Assembly (NCBI GenBank): GCA_000091205.1
Contig: AP006493.2
Source: Cyanidioschyzon merolae
Taxonomy: Eukaryota
Reading direction: 5' to 3' (one strand)
DNA length: 64,000 nucleotides
Positions 43,079 through 54,675 of this stretch are shown piece after piece. The translations under genes were made by a program, and so were the position numbers. Positions within the stretch are counted from its first letter, which is position 1, and each line of letters opens with the position of its first letter. The notes below the pieces were generated by a model. The model did no database searches. It was not told where the DNA came from and saw only the letters and a list, made by a program, of their open reading frames with translations.

Positions 43079-46000
43079 AACATACCGACAGATATCGTTG
43101 GGCTTCAGCAAGCCCGCGGATTGGCGGCTCGATGGCACCGAACGCAGCCTCGTAAGAAATGTGCCAGGCTGATTGGCCACCAGGGCACTGATCGTGTTCT
43201 TGATTCCTGATCGTTGTCGAGGATAGATTATAGAGGAACTCCAGATGCTTTTTATGTTCATACAGCGGTCTTGAGTGCCCTTTCAGTCTAGTCCGTGCAA
43301 GCGGATACTTGAGCTTTCGAAGCACCGCCACAAGCGCTAACTGACACACGCGCTACCCGCGGCACATGCCTTACCTCTCGCGGAACTTGATACGATTACT
43401 CCAATGGACTGCTTTGGCAGTGTTCACGAGAACTTTGGATTGGCTTTGAATTGGGTTAGAGCACGGCAGCGTGGAGAGCGCACGCGGAATCCCCGAAACT
43501 CACGGATGTCAATGTCCTGGCTAGTCGTTTATATGTACGTCGCATTCGCCCCGAGATACGGATTCGCGCGCCACTGATGCTTGCTGGTCACGTCGTTCTT
43601 TCGACGGATATTAACCTTGTTCCAATGAAATGCGCCTGCGCGAATCGGCGAGATCCAGGTTGCCACCAACGATTACGGAACGCAATGTGCTGATATCCCA
43701 GCTCTGGAATGCCAGGCATGGTTCGGCTTGTATGTAGAATCTACGGGAGATTAAGAAAGTTTTGGTAAAGCCCACGAAAGTGCTGCTGGAATCAAGCTCG
43801 CTGTCGCTCCTCCTTCCGAAAGTCATTCGCACTGGGTCCCGTTCTACGCAGCCTCACTGCAGTAGCTTCAGGTACCTCCTCACCCTAGGATCATTTGCGA
43901 ACCTTCTGTATTTATCTAGTACACGCTCTGCGGGTGAGTCACCTGAATCCAGATGCATTTCTGCATGGGAGTCGCCGTAGTCTGGCGACGCAACGAAGCG
44001 ACATCAGAATCCGACAGTGCATCTTGAGGCCACACATGCTCCAGTTGTCTGCGCACTGCGGTTCGTTCAATCGCTCAATGCCTTCCAGGTGTTGATAATA
44101 AACCGTCCGGATGACGCAGAGGAGACCGCACACATATCACTGAACAAAAGACCCCAATGTCTGAGTCTTCGCGTTGTGCTGAGTTGACGTGAGTGGCATA
44201 CGTTTTCGTGGGGTGAGTCGTCCTTTCTCTTTGCGCATTGCGCGCGTTTCGCAAAAACAGGACTAGTTCGCCTCTGTGTACACGGATTCCTTCACTTAAA
44301 CCCTTTCCAATCCATACATATTGTGAGAAATACTGGTGAGGAAGCGATACATCGAAGAGGTTCCGAACAGCTGATAATGACGGCGATAGACCCGGATGAA
44401 CAAAGAAACAAGCACGTTTCTTCGAGAGATCGTCACTCGTTCAACAGAACACGTCCAATCTCGTACTGATATCCAAAACTTGTTGCGACACAGACTTGTG
44501 TTTTTGTCTCTTGATCAAATTTCGTTCCCATCAAACTGTATCCCTGTATATTGGCACTCGAACACAAAAACACTACTGTTCCTAAAGAAGAGACAAGGGA
44601 CCAAAACGACTGCAATTGCCCTGCAGGCCATTCAGTAGTGCGTTCGCCTACGATTTGCAATACGAACTAAATGTAAATATACATCGTGCTTCGTAGAAGC
44701 ACTTCGTGGCTTCTGATTTCCACATTCTTCTGACCTGCACGTAGACCGTGCCACTTTCCGTCACTCTCAAGCGGGCAAGGAGCGCGCTGCAGCGATTGGC
44801 GTTGAGCGGCTCTTGGTGCCAGGCTACTACCCCTGGTTCCGTCGACTCAAATGCGTCTTCTCGCGAGTGAAAGGAAACATCGAAGCGCATGGATCCATCG
44901 AAGGGTCGTTTGAATCCACGACACCCAAAGATGCACGACGCCATGAAGAATCGCGTAGCGTCTTTCTCATGGAAGGCGCATATGGCTTATCTCTCCCCAG
45001 CGTGCATCAGTATGCAACAGTTCGTTGGAGAGTTCCGGACGCTGGGATGCTATCTGTCTCAATTCGTCTGGAATTTTTCGACGAAGCATTTTTGCTAAAA
45101 TATGACGGGTGCTCGGGACGGAAGATACAATACGGGCCGAGCAGAGGATCAGATATTCGCTTCAAACGCTCACCAGGGGGTTGCGACGCGTCGCCGTGCC
45201 GTGTTGGCGATCGGGGTATCGAAAGCGCAGGCCCCGGAAACTCTCATACCAACATTTTTGACCAAAAGCATACGTGGGTCAATGCCGAGTGCTTCATGGA
45301 ACGTACCCATGGGCGTCCTTTGCGTATCCTGCTGAGCGTGATCAGGGAGAACTGATGACTGGGATTTCCGGCTGTCTCGATGGACGCAAATGACAAGCTG
45401 GTGGCGGCAGTGATCGATGCGGTAGCACGTGCGGAAGCGACATCGCAAAGACAGCAAGAGTCTCCCGAGGTATTCCATGCGTATTGTCTGGAGCTCGGCC
45501 TCGGACCGACGGACGTCGTATCCAGGGGATTGTTGGGAGGCCATGCTGCGTTCTTTACGCCTTGCGCCATTTTGTGTGCCTTGACGGAGACCGGCATAGC
45601 ATAGCAGACTCGTTGCTCGAACGCAAGCGCCCAAGCCTTGTCACGCGTCTATCGATATATAGTTCCCATGTATCAAACCGAGGCCCGTTGGATCATAGGA
45701 GGCATGTGTATGGTGTAGGTACTCCCCACTGAGGCTCGATTGGTCTTTGCGAGCGAGCACAAAGCTTTCGTGCAACATCGCGGAGACCATTAGCTGAGCT
45801 CATGCACAGTTTCTCGCTTCCGCGGACGAAATGGAAAGAACTTGACGAGGGCCATGGAGACCGACGGAATACGAGTCTGCGCGTACTTCGTGAGATTCGG
45901 TAAATCTAGTCCAGATGCGAGCAACGAGACTCGTCCTCAACTGCGCAATGTCGACGAAGAGAAGGACTTTATGTAGAGCGTGGATCCCATGCTCAGGGGG

Positions 46001-47394
46001 GTCGTGGCTCTCGCCATGACTGTTAAGCAAGCGGAGGATGCCGAATACCTGAAAGAAAAGGTAACGAAGCTGTTTTCGTTCCCCAGGGATCGATACGGTC
46101 TTGCGTCAACCCTGACAGACACCTGGATGCATACCAATACATGAAACGACGGAATCAAGAGCAATCTCGACGTTCCGGGCATCGTATCGAGCTGAAGCAG
46201 ACCCTCCGTGCGCTTCTTTCAGAGAGTACGCCATACCAAAAACGGCTCGCACGCATGTTCTTTTAGTAGAAGTACGTGAGACTCTGTTGGGGTTACTTAA
46301 CGTCTTGGTTGTACGAAGGCAAGAAGTGTATATTCGCAAACTTGCTCAAAGAGCTGGAAGAGGAAATGATCGGTTCATTGCGTTATCTGTTGGTCGCCTT
46401 TGGCGCTAGAGGTGCTGTAGCGTGCACGGGTCGGGTTCCTGCTTTTATAGAGAAGGTCGTCGAACGAGTGCAGGAATCGATTCTGTGCCATTCTCGTGGA
46501 TGCCTCTAGGACGATGTACGCGGATCACGAGCGGAAACTTGCGATGGAAATTGGTACAGGAGCAAGTGCGAAACAGAGACGGATGGACGAGACGGCGTGC
46601 GTGACGCTCTCCGTACGCCAGATGGCGATGCAATCCAATGGAGGCGGCTTGCTGTGACGTGACTCCACTAGCACTGACGCGCATGTGCACGCCTTGCATC
46701 GAGGCCTGACCGCAGTCATCGAATTCCCGGCAATAATTCGTGCCTCAGGAGCGTCCATCAGCTTTTTCTCTAGCAAACTTTCGAGATAATCGTTTAGCAC
46801 TTCGTGCGGGCAGTGAAATGAAACATTACAGGTTTTTGATGGAAAACCAGTGACCCTGAGAGAGCGATCTGATTCTTGCCTGGAGCAAAGCACTGGTATG
46901 GTACTGGTCAGCAATCTGGCAAGGCTGGAACGCAGTATACATACACAGAGAACTGTTTTTCTGTGCAAATGTCGATCGTTAACAGTTTCCCGTTATTCAA
47001 TATCACTAGGTATATTCGATAAAAAAGGGATCACCGTTCAAAAAAGCGAGGATTTCCCGCAAACATTCCTCGGCTGCAAATTGCATGGGCAGCACATGAA
47101 CTGCATCCGATACATGCAGACCGGCCATCTGAGCGATGTACACGTTGTCTATGCGGGCGTATCGAAGATCGAGCGCACGCATCAACCATTTGAGCAAGTT
47201 TACCACCAGGACGCCGTGATCTCGTTCATGCAAACAAGACGGACCAGACGCACGCCGACCGGCCTCCTCCGCGATCCCCTCGTTCATGCGTCTGCACGTC
47301 GCGGCTGAGAAGATCTCATAGACTACGACCGAGCAAAACCCCGTGTCACCTGAGATCAACAGTCGCGCGTCTGGACGTCCCGGTTGATGCGACC

Positions 47395-48720
47395 TCACCG
47401 GGTACGATCGAAAGAGTCCAAGAGGGTGCCGCGACGTGGGTCCAGCGCGTTGAGCGCGGCCTCGTGACAAACGTCACCGGTGCCTGCGCTCCGCGGCGGC
47501 GTGAAGGATGCCTCCGATTGATGCTTGCCGCCACCAAACTCCGATGCGGTACCGTTCGGCACCTCCGATCCTACATGCTTGCCATCAGATACAATTTCGT
47601 ACGTGAAGAGGGAACCCCACTCCATCCGACACGCATCGATCACCTCGCGTTGATCGCGGATGCGCACGCGACGTCCAGCGCGAGCAATGCGTGCGGCGAC
47701 GGCGAGTTTCTGGCTCTCCTCGATAATCGGGACAGCGCATGGATGCTTGTAGGTGACGCCTTCAAACGTATATTCTGGAAGGTTCTTCGCTAACAACGCC
47801 TCAGCCATATAGGTAGCATGCTTTTCATTGTAGGTATCTGTTGCACGACTCATCATGGGATCAATACCAACAGAAGCAGCGTAGCCGCCAAATGCTCGAT
47901 TATCGCGCGGGAAACAGGGTCCACCGAAGCCGTAGCCAGGCAGCAGGCACTTGGACCCGACACGTGAGTCCGCGCCGACGCTCGCCAAGATTGCGTATTT
48001 GTCTGCATTTGGTGTGCGATCCGCGACGTCGCCAATAAAATTCGCAAAGCTGATTTTCATGGTGATGAAACAGTTCAGAGCGAGCTTCGCAATTTCCGCG
48101 GATTCCGGTGACATCCTGTGCACGGTGATCTGGTCTGGGTTCCGCACAAAGGATCGCCAAAGACGCTCGAGCAGGTCTCCGCCATACGTACTGCTTTCAC
48201 CAATGAGAACCGTATCGGGCAGCTCGAGACCTTCGATGATGTTGCCTTGTTGAATAAACTCAGGATTGTATTGTAGTTGGACGTTTTCGCAGTCCCCTAA
48301 CAGTGCACGCCCAATATTTGCTATGTATCCCGGCATCACCGTGCAACATATGGTGATGATTTTATTGCGCGGCCGGCGAGTATTGATGTGCATCAAAACA
48401 CGCGAGAGCTGCGTGACGTCGTAGTGCCGGTCGCCGCCGGTGCTGGGCGTCGCAACCAGTACCAACAGATGATCGCTGAACTCTATCGCTTCATCCAACT
48501 CAGTCGTGGCTCGAAAGTTTCTAGCTGCCTTTAAGTACTCCATAACTTTGGGCTCGTTCGACTTGAGCGAACGCTCGTTGAGTGCCTCCACATACTGCGG
48601 CAAGACGTCGACCCCCAAGACGTGATAGCCGGCCCGTTCCGCGACAAGTGCCAAACAAAGACCAAGACGCCCGACTCCTATTAACGAAATATTCTTCTCT
48701 CGTGTGCTCGGACCGGACAT
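47395..48720 (-). CDS. Nucleotide-sugar dehydrogenase (UDP-glucose/GDP-mannose dehydrogenase family)
   Basis: N-terminal Rossmann 'ISLIGVGRLGLCLALV' and catalytic Cys region 'GYGFGGPCFPRD'. The C-terminal UDP-binding domain looks short. The track start is GTG 48741; the ATG is at 48720. Confidence 0.75.
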   Translation of the reverse strand: MSGPSTREKNISLIGVGRLGLCLALVAERAGYHVLGVDVLPQYVEALNERSLKSNEPKVMEYLKAARNFRATTELDEAIEFSDHLLVLVATPSTGGDRHYDVTQLSRVLMHINTRRPRNKIITICCTVMPGYIANIGRALLGDCENVQLQYNPEFIQQGNIIEGLELPDTVLIGESSTYGGDLLERLWRSFVRNPDQITVHRMSPESAEIAKLALNCFITMKISFANFIGDVADRTPNADKYAILASVGADSRVGSKCLLPGYGFGGPCFPRDNRAFGGYAASVGIDPMMSRATDTYNEKHATYMAEALLAKNLPEYTFEGVTYKHPCAVPIIEESQKLAVAARIARAGRRVRIRDQREVIDACRMEWGSLFTYEIVSDGKHVGSEVPNGTASEFGGGKHQSEASFTPPRSAGTGDVCHEAALNALDPRRGTLLDSFDRTR

Positions 48721-49334
48721 ATCTGCAGCAAACGGGTGCACCGCAAAACGTGCACGTTAAAATGATTAGTAGCGATTGCGACGTACAACCGTGGCCCATA
48801 CGAACTGTGAAAGCGCGCGCATCGATGCCTGCTACGCGCCGCGTTTGTTCACCGCATGGCCCTGGAGGCAAAGGTGTCATGCGGGCTGGATTGGATACCC
48901 GATGGCGAATTCGGCACCCGAACGTTCATAGGAACGATGCACTACCTCCAAAGGCAAGTCGGGGAGATGGATAATGAGACTCGCGGAATTTCCGCCATTC
49001 GTGGCGCCCTCATTAGATGCCAGACACAGTCGCACACGTTGAGGTCTCTGGATAGCCTCGACGATCCGACACGATGGAAAAAACGAGTCGCACATGGGGC
49101 GCTGGCGGCACCCTGGTGCCCTGGGCGGGAAACAGAGTGAAAGGGAGTCATGCTGGAGCGGCCCAGGTGAGAGGTATCAATGTGTCGTCCGCCATACCAC
49201 GGTATTTGTCGTGATTTTGACTTATTTACGCACAAGCACGTCACCATAAATTAGAACAGGCCCACTAAACCAGGCGTGCGTGCTAACGTTTTTGTTCCTT
49301 TTGCGGGGTTATCAACAACGTGCTTTGTGGGAAC

Positions 49335-50520
49335 GTTTTGCGACCGCTTCCTGTTCCCCCTCTCAAGGCCGGCTTTGTCTGCGGAAGCCGGTTTCTCCTT
49401 TCCCCCCAGTACCGTTGCTAGCAGTCTAATGATGTTGATTGGAGCGTTAAAGTCCCGATTTCGAGGGTTCCAGATCTTGCCTACGCGTCTGATGCACATG
49501 CGGAAGTTGCGATCTACACTTCGCTTGCCTTTTGCATCTGCTTTGAGCATGGACTCGGCGCGCACTGTGCAGCGCTGACGCTTGGCTGTGGTCCGGTGTT
49601 TTCATATATGCAATACACCATGTCCCTAGCCTCCTTCCTCAAGGGTCGCCTTGCAGCGCGTAAACCATTGCTTCATCCCTCGGTACATACCCTTGACTGG
49701 CACAGAAGGTTCGTGTGGATGCCTTGCACCGTTTCGTACCAGGCTCTGTTTCGTGTGTGATCACGCGCTTTCTCTGGGCGATATCTTCGGCGAGTACTCT
49801 GTCCGCAGCATGCGGAAGTGCATGCTGTTCCACTCGATAAAGGGCTTGAGGAAACCGATCTTGTCCATGACGAAACAAGGACCCGGAAAGAAAGTCCAGG
49901 CTCCAGAAAAAGTAGAGAAGATTCGATCCACCTTTACGCTCTTTGCTTGCAAAGCGATGACGAACTCTCCAACGGAAGCGAACGCTGCGATTACACAAGG
50001 CGGAGTCCAAGACCTTTCTGCACACAAACGGATGACACAGAAGCCACTGGAAGCATACCTGCGAGGCGCATCATGCTGCTGTCGGGTGCTGCTTTGTCGA
50101 TGCCTTGAAACAGGGAACGATTTGTCTTCCAAATGGCGTTGATTGTTTGACTTGCCAAATTAAGTGTGGTTGCGGCATGGGTTTGTGAACATCTCGTCAA
50201 GAGACGACGTCAATTTTATTTGCCCCGCCAATCCAGGGGCTCGAATTGCTGCGCCCGCGAGTTACAGTGAATTACAAACATGGGTAACTTGAAGAATGCG
50301 TTATTTGAGCGCGCGAGACGCGAGGAAAGGAGTAACGCGAAGGCTTGTACGTGTGAATCGGATACTGGTATTGGTCACCGTATGAAATCTTGTTCGAGGA
50401 CGTCGAAAATCGCCTCGATGCGGATGACGTACAGAATTCCATCGGGCGCGCGTCGAACGAACCGTTCCGAGCGGACGACCAAGCATCCGAACCCGACACG
50501 TGCATCCCTATGCACTCATT
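49335..50520 (+). repeat. R1-C: full-length copy of the R1 dispersed repeat family
   Basis: Collinear with R1-A, R1-B and R1-D (e.g. 'tacatacccttgactggcacag', 'aaagtcccgatttcg', tail 'attgctgcgcccgcgagtt'). Confidence 0.7.
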
Positions 50521-51057
50521 GCTTCAGTTGGCATGTAGAGGCTCCAAATTTATAAAAAAAAATTCCGAAAGATCGACTGCTAGGAACTGAGCGAGTAGCT
50601 GAGCGTTCCATTTGCGTCTCTCAGAAGACTGAAAGCATTGACAGCGCTCTGGATCCGTGGATAACCGTCATCGCCTGCGAGATGAAAGCAATGCATTCCT
50701 CCTTGCTGTGAGGTCGGACGCTCACAACGTCACTGGAGCGCCCCCTGAGCGGCCATGCGTGAGTTGCACGCATTTTTTCAGCTTTATTTGTGTCAGCGGA
50801 GTCGGCAGATACGCCCTCTGCAGGGACCTACACGGTTCGCCTTGTTTCCAGAGAAGAACTTTTACGATCTATACTGACTTGTAACGTTCGATAGCGCACA
50901 GAAAAGAGACTGGAATCATCGCGCAGCAGCTCCAGCGCAAACCTACGCTGTACCCGATGACGACCCAGGCAGATAGGCAAAGCACGTCACACACAAACGC
51001 AGCGGCAATCTAGAGCATGCCATCGCTGGCGCGCGTGTGGAGATTCTTCACGATCAC

Positions 51058-51059
51058 TG

Positions 51060-51092
<33 letters not shown>
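51058..51092. repeat. (GGC)n microsatellite, ~11 units
   Basis: 'cggcggcggcggcggcggcggcggcggcggcg' lies ~170 bp upstream of the RRM/CCHC/SAP ORF. Confidence 0.9.
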
Positions 51093-51093
<1 letters not shown>

Positions 51094-51261
51094 AATTCCA
51101 GCGCAGGCGCAGCTGCAGCGCACCACGTTGCGACGCTAAATCATCCGTAGGATACCCGCGCCTACGGGGACACTGGCACCTCATCGAAGCGGATTCGCTC
51201 GATAATCTTCCTCTGTATAGGAGGGAGTTCTGATACGTGCAATGAGCTCAAACTCGCTTTT

Positions 51262-52641
51262 GTGTGGCGGCCTAAACCGCGATGTACAGAAGAAAGCCTC
51301 AACCAGCTGTTTGGCTCGTTCGGCGTTTGTCGGATCAACCTCTTTCCGACGTACGCGTTCATCGACTATGAAAGCCCGCAAGACGCGGAGGAGGCTTTTA
51401 ACCAAATAAATAGCGGTGGACCGCTTTCAAATTTAAACGGTTTACAGCTTCGTGTAGAATGGAGCAGACGCTCTCGCAAGGGATATGCCTCGACGGAGCA
51501 ACGCGCTGGTGAGGCGTCATCTGGCGCTGGCGCATCGGGTGGCTGCTTCGAGTGCGGATCTATGGACCATCGCGTGCGAGACTGCCCTGTACGTCAGGAG
51601 AAAGAGCGTTTGGGTGGTGGCGGTGCAGGCCGCGGAGCCGCTCGGTACGGCTCCGAAGGCAGGCGTCCACTAGAGGGCGGGCCCGGTCGGGCCGGCAGCG
51701 GTGGCGCTCGCGTTTGCTACAACTGTGGCGGCGTTGGACATACGTCGCGTGAGTGCCCCTCTGAGAGGGGTGTTCGCGGCAACATGGGAGATCGCGGGCC
51801 TGGCAGCTCTGGCCCGCGCGGGTATCCAAGTACTGGGCGCGGCGCGGAGACGCGCTCCTGCTTCAAGTGCGGTGAGAGCGGCCACCTTGCGCGCTTTTGC
51901 CCAACAACATCTGCTGCGGGGCCCGATGGAAACGCGTATGGCAGCAGAGGACGCCGTGAGAACTCGAGGCCTGATCGTCGCGATTGGGGCTCTGGTCATT
52001 ATCAAGAGCCGTACAGCCGTGACAGGGATTCTGACAGAGCGCAAAACGTGTCCGAGGGTGGCGCAGGCTTTGGAAACCGCAGAGGGCGCGAAGACGATCG
52101 TTACGACTTTGGCAATGAGCTAAATGAAGAGCAACAGACGTACGAGAATCGCAGGGAGCGACCGTTCCATTCCGAGGGCGTTGAAGAAGACGAGCACTAC
52201 AGTGAGCATTCGCATGACGAAGGCTACGGAGATTACGATGACGACAACGCGGGCTCGTCTGTAGGGCAAAAACGACGTCTCGCGGGCGATGCATATGACT
52301 CGGGACACCACGACGGAGGTTCTGATGCTTCGCATGGCGATGGTAACAGTGATGATGACGGCGATGATGGTTATCAGCGAGATAGTCCAGGCAGCTCTTA
52401 CGGTGCAGACGAAGACCATGACGGGCGCGCTCAAGTGAACGGCTCGTACAAGCGCTCTCGGCATGGAAACGAAGGGCGAGGCTCGGAGCGTCGTGAGGCG
52501 CCTTCTGACTATGCGCACAGCGACTGGAATTCGTTGACGCTGAAGGATCTCAAGGCAGAGGCCGAGAAACGGGGTATTGATACAACCGGAATGCGACTTA
52601 AAAAGGATTACGTAGAGGCGCTCGAAAACGCGGCAGCGTGA
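51262..52641 (+). CDS. RRM (C-terminal half only) + three CCHC zinc knuckles + Arg/Gly/acidic region + C-terminal SAP-motif protein; 5' end unresolved
   Basis: RNP1-like 'YAFIDYE'. Knuckles 'CFECGSMDHRVRDCP', 'CYNCGGVGHTSRECP', 'CFKCGESGHLARFCP'. SAP 'LTLKDLKAEAEKRGIDTTGMRLKKDYVEAL'. The track start is GTG. There is no in-frame ATG or RNP2 upstream, so a 5' exon is suspected. Confidence 0.55.
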   Translation: MWRPKPRCTEESLNQLFGSFGVCRINLFPTYAFIDYESPQDAEEAFNQINSGGPLSNLNGLQLRVEWSRRSRKGYASTEQRAGEASSGAGASGGCFECGSMDHRVRDCPVRQEKERLGGGGAGRGAARYGSEGRRPLEGGPGRAGSGGARVCYNCGGVGHTSRECPSERGVRGNMGDRGPGSSGPRGYPSTGRGAETRSCFKCGESGHLARFCPTTSAAGPDGNAYGSRGRRENSRPDRRDWGSGHYQEPYSRDRDSDRAQNVSEGGAGFGNRRGREDDRYDFGNELNEEQQTYENRRERPFHSEGVEEDEHYSEHSHDEGYGDYDDDNAGSSVGQKRRLAGDAYDSGHHDGGSDASHGDGNSDDDGDDGYQRDSPGSSYGADEDHDGRAQVNGSYKRSRHGNEGRGSERREAPSDYAHSDWNSLTLKDLKAEAEKRGIDTTGMRLKKDYVEALENAAA

Positions 52642-52698
52642 TCGGGCTACGGAGCAGAGGCGTCTTACTTGACGAGTTCCTGCGAGAGATGGTAACCA

Positions 52699-52736
52699 GC
52701 TGCTGCTGCTGCTGCTGCTGCTGCTTCTGCTGCTGA
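52699..52736. repeat. (CTG)n microsatellite in the 3' flank of the RRM/CCHC/SAP gene
   Basis: 'ctgctgctgctgctgctgctgctgcttctgctgctg'. Confidence 0.9.
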
Positions 52737-54675
52737 TGATGGTAGCATTGTCCAATACGACAGTTGATATGCTCAGAATGTATGGACCGAATGGATGAAC
52801 CTTTATGATGAAGCGTTAGTGGCAAAGTTTAGAGTTTCTTTCAAGACTGCAAAGATTACTGAATGAGATTTCCGTGTTTCGCGACTTGCGTTTCAAACAA
52901 TATTCCATGTTCGTTCCAGCCTTGCGGTGGTGTCAGAGGCATTCACGTGCAATATAGAGTGAAAGCGGCACATTCCAGTCGGGGCGGCGATTTACGCGGC
53001 GGAGACTGTTAGGGCTCGGTACCGCAAAGAACGACCGCTTCACTGGCCTGTACGAAGACGCGACGTCTCTTGTGTTGTTCGCGGGAGCCGGGCATCGGCC
53101 CCGCACACGAATGGCCATCTGTCCAAGAGATCCCTCGGGAACCGTAACACGAACGCGTGCGACAGCGCAGAAACCTGGACCACGCTATCGAATGCTGCGT
53201 CTTGACGAAATGATCACTCAACCGAGCACACCGATCGATCCGTGGTTCTTCGTATGCAAAACCTTTGAATACTGCTCGATTTGCAATATGCCCCGCGGAA
53301 ACTGGTTGTGTTGAACGAATGATCTCAGCGATTTGGATGAGCATGCCCGCGGCCTCGGCTTCAATGGCGTGCCCGGTTCCCGATAAACTTAGCTTTACGG
53401 AATACCGTGACTGTTTCTTGGGAACTGGAAAAGATACATAGATGCACGGGGCGTTATCGTGTTGTGCTGGACGCTGACATGCATGCGAACTGGCGGTGGC
53501 ATCTCGCGGGCGCAGTGGATGGGTGGACCGACGGACGTCGGCCACACGATGCGGAACCGTTCATCAGCATCGATGCATCCGACGCACGGGACCTATCAAT
53601 GTGAGACGCCGTGTTTCATCCGTTTCGATTGGCGTTTCGTACGGAACAGAACTTTTACAGTTTCAGAAGTGAGAAGGCGCCGTATTCGCAGATCCGATGG
53701 ACTTGACGTGCGTTGCTCCAAGGTATCGGCGCGACTGCAGCTGCGCCTATACCTCATTTTTCATGCACAACAACCGAGCAACTGCAGCTCGCACGAGCGA
53801 TGGTCACGCTTTGCCCTTCGGAGGCAGTCGTCTGGAACGGCAACAGAGATTCGAGGTCTCCTGCCTTGACCATACTCTGTACTCGAACATGCCCCTGTCG
53901 ATGCCGTGTTCATCATGGCCCTGGGCGATCAGTTCGCGTTCCTGCGCTCGTGTCGATCAAGTTTTGTAAAGATTTGATCACGGTATTGACGGCGACATGG
54001 CGCCACACATCGAAACCAAACACTCTGTTTACACCAGCGCAAACACCATTCCCAAGCGTGATCGGATACGAACGTTCGAGGAGCTGCGAGACGACCTCCG
54101 CCCCATGTTAAGAATCATGAGCTTCTACTTCCTGGCACCTATACAACGAAATCCTCCGGCATTGAACTCAAGAAGCGTGCTCGGGTTTCCCGCGCATTTC
54201 GCACGCACGCTTGCAATCGAGCATACGTGTCCGATGCGTGTACGCGCATGCACGCATCGACCGGCGTTGCAGCGGGCGGAACGCATTGAGCGGTGCTCTA
54301 CCTGGCGTTATCCCGCTTCATCCGCAAATGACGGGGCTCGGATTCGCTTGCTCGGCATTCCAGCGGAGAGGATTCGATTTCGAACATGAATCGAGTTTCT
54401 TGGACGCCAATATGCATGCTCGCGGGACCAGGGTCGCCTGTTGACCACTCCATGCAACCATACGATGGAATGTATCGCCGCAGGACAAGCTGGAACGGCC
54501 TGCAAGCTCCGCATGCGCAACCTCGACAGCAACGGGGATCTGAACGGCACCAAGAGTTCGCTTGGATGTAGCTGAGCAGCTGTTCCATAGGCACTGAGCG
54601 TTCTGACGCGTGGTTTCACATAAAACCGGGCCTATAGGCTCGTAGAGGGATAATCAGCCACTGGTTCCATTGACG

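Noticed and set aside
52598-52825. 75-aa ORF containing a poly-Gln run
   Set aside because: It is simply the reverse translation of the (CTG)n microsatellite and overlaps the 3' flank of the CCHC/SAP gene.
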